A stretch of 64,000 nt of DNA from Vezdaea acicularis. Lineage: Eukaryota. The DNA lies in assembly GCA_026025075.1 (NCBI GenBank), contig JAPEUI010000003.1:124001-188000 (forward strand), written 5' to 3'. The notes beneath the pieces were generated by a model. It saw nothing but the letters and a program-made list of their open reading frames with translations, made no database searches and had not been told where the DNA came from. Positions 62,724-64,000 of the stretch are shown piece by piece; position 1 is the stretch's first letter; the number at the start of each line of letters is the position of its first letter. Made by a program: the position numbers and the translations under genes.

Positions 62724-64000
62724 CTAATAGCTCCCTATAACAGGATCAGTATCTTGAATTTTAGCTTTTGGAGAGACGGGTTGCACACTTCCAAAGAGAC
62801 ACCAGCTCTCGGCTCCCTTCTGACAACCGGGTACCATGCATTTCTTGCCTTCCGCGATTTTGGCTGGCTGCTCAAAAGGAATGCACAGACTTTTGGCACC
62901 CATACTCGGGGCTCTCTCATCCTGTGGATTGTCATCTTCGCCTTCTTGCCTTCTCGCGCTAAGCTCTTTCACCTTGTCTTCGCAGTCTTCCGTCAGACAA
63001 TGCTCTATCAGACAGACATTCTTAGCGTTCAGTGCTGGCACAAAGTCCTTCCAGTTAGTGATTTGGATAACGTGGGATTTGAATACGTTGTCTGCTTTCG
63101 TATACATGTCCTTCTGAATAGTTTCAAGAAGTTTCGGAACGTCTTCCTCAAGATCTACGATCTGTATCTTGGTCTTTTCGCCTGTATCACGACGTGCTGT
63201 TGTGACAAAACCACCTTTGGCTTCACCTGGACCAAATTCAAGACGAAGGGGTACCCCTTTAAGCTCCCAGTTGTTAAATTTCCATGCGGGAGTATAATTA
63301 TCAGTGAGGTCTATTACAACGCGGACTCCTGCAGAAAGAAGCGTTTGCTCGATCTTGACAATGTGCGCGTAAAGCAGTTCCCGATCTGTATCTGCGGTCT
63401 TAGCATTGATGCCGACGGGGATGACAACAACCTGGTACTCTGCAACACGTGGAGGGTGCACGAGGCCTTGTTTATCGCCATGAATCATGATCATCACTCC
63501 AATAACGCGCGTGCTGAGACCCCAAGAGTTTTGCCAGACATTGATCGGGGGCTTCTTCACCTCTCCAGATTTTGTCGAGGGATCTTCAACCTTAATGTCG
63601 AACATCTTGCTGAAATGTTGGCCAAGGCAATGGCTTGTAGCTCCTTGGATGCCTCGACCTGTATGAGGGATATAACCTTCAACTGTAGTGGTGTAGAGTC
63701 CGCCAGGGAACTTCTCTTTCTCCGTTTTGCGACCACGGATGACGGGAACTGCTAAGAGTTGTTCATATACGCCTGCGTAGTATTCGAGGACTTGCAAGAC
63801 CTCTTTGTCTGTTTCAGCTTTGGTCAAGAATGCCGTATGACCTTCCTGCCACAAAAACTCCCGAGTTCGAAGGAAGGGCATAGGGTGTTTGAACTCCCAT
63901 CTAACTACGCTGCACCATTGGTTAAGTCGATAAGGAAGGTCCCTGTGAGAACGAATCTTCTTGGAAAAGTGCGGATATATAATTGTTTCCGAGGTTGGTC
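62724..64000 (-). CDS. Cytoplasmic (eukaryote/archaea-type) prolyl-tRNA synthetase, 5' part outside window; intron 62735-62788
   Basis: PTSETIIYP, LNQWCSVVRWEF, PFLRTREFLWQEGHT, QGATSHCLGQHF, QNSWGLSTR, WELKGVPLR, GAKSLCIPF and spliced C-terminus LFGRSY*. Confidence 0.95.
   Translation of the reverse strand, partial: PTSETIIYPHFSKKIRSHRDLPYRLNQWCSVVRWEFKHPMPFLRTREFLWQEGHTAFLTKAETDKEVLQVLEYYAGVYEQLLAVPVIRGRKTEKEKFPGGLYTTTVEGYIPHTGRGIQGATSHCLGQHFSKMFDIKVEDPSTKSGEVKKPPINVWQNSWGLSTRVIGVMIMIHGDKQGLVHPPRVAEYQVVVIPVGINAKTADTDRELLYAHIVKIEQTLLSAGVRVVIDLTDNYTPAWKFNNWELKGVPLRLEFGPGEAKGGFVTTARRDTGEKTKIQIVDLEEDVPKLLETIQKDMYTKADNVFKSHVIQITNWKDFVPALNAKNVCLIEHCLTEDCEDKVKELSARRQEGEDDNPQDERAPSMGAKSLCIPFEQPAKIAEGKKCMVPGCQKGAESWCLFGSVQPVSPKAKIQDTDPVIGSY

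Noticed and set aside
62619..63755. 378-aa ATG-initiated antisense ORF codon-aligned with ProRS
   Set aside because: No recognisable motifs. An in-register antisense frame stays open when a highly expressed gene avoids TTA/CTA/TCA codons, so I treat it as a shadow ORF.

Overview
Gene-dense, intron-containing DNA from a filamentous ascomycete (Pezizomycotina-like: short GT-AG introns with CTAAC/CTGAC branch points, a Zn2Cys6 factor, an AA9 LPMO). I can support 23 protein-coding genes and one intron-containing tRNA-Thr(CGU). Most are conserved housekeeping genes: HSP10, ASA1, DBP7, IDI1, MLH1, RPN1, RIO2, cytochrome P450 reductase, TAO3/PAG1, PAN6, MRP20, OCA1-like phosphatase, FAD1, DBP4 and a 5'-truncated ProRS. 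The rest are a class I glutamine amidotransferase, a Zn2Cys6 transcription factor, a GNAT, a GT2-like protein, a Spo5/Rim4-like RRM protein and two secreted carbohydrate-active proteins. I saw no transposon, CRISPR array, rRNA or secondary-metabolite cluster. The best candidate for new biology is a CE4 chitin deacetylase with eight CBM18 modules whose array is split by two Lys-Arg (Kex2-type) sites, which suggests a polyprotein releasing free chitin-binding lectins. Other points of interest: an AA9 with an 8-Cys module; a ~14 kb domain of alternating C-rich and G-rich blocks that reshapes the proteins it crosses; ATG-less N-terminal extensions (Zn2Cys6 factor, PAN6); a GC-AG intron; a stop-free 3n intron before the ProRS terminal Tyr; and a structured tRNA intron. 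All gene models were assembled by eye and gene names come from motif recognition, not database searches.
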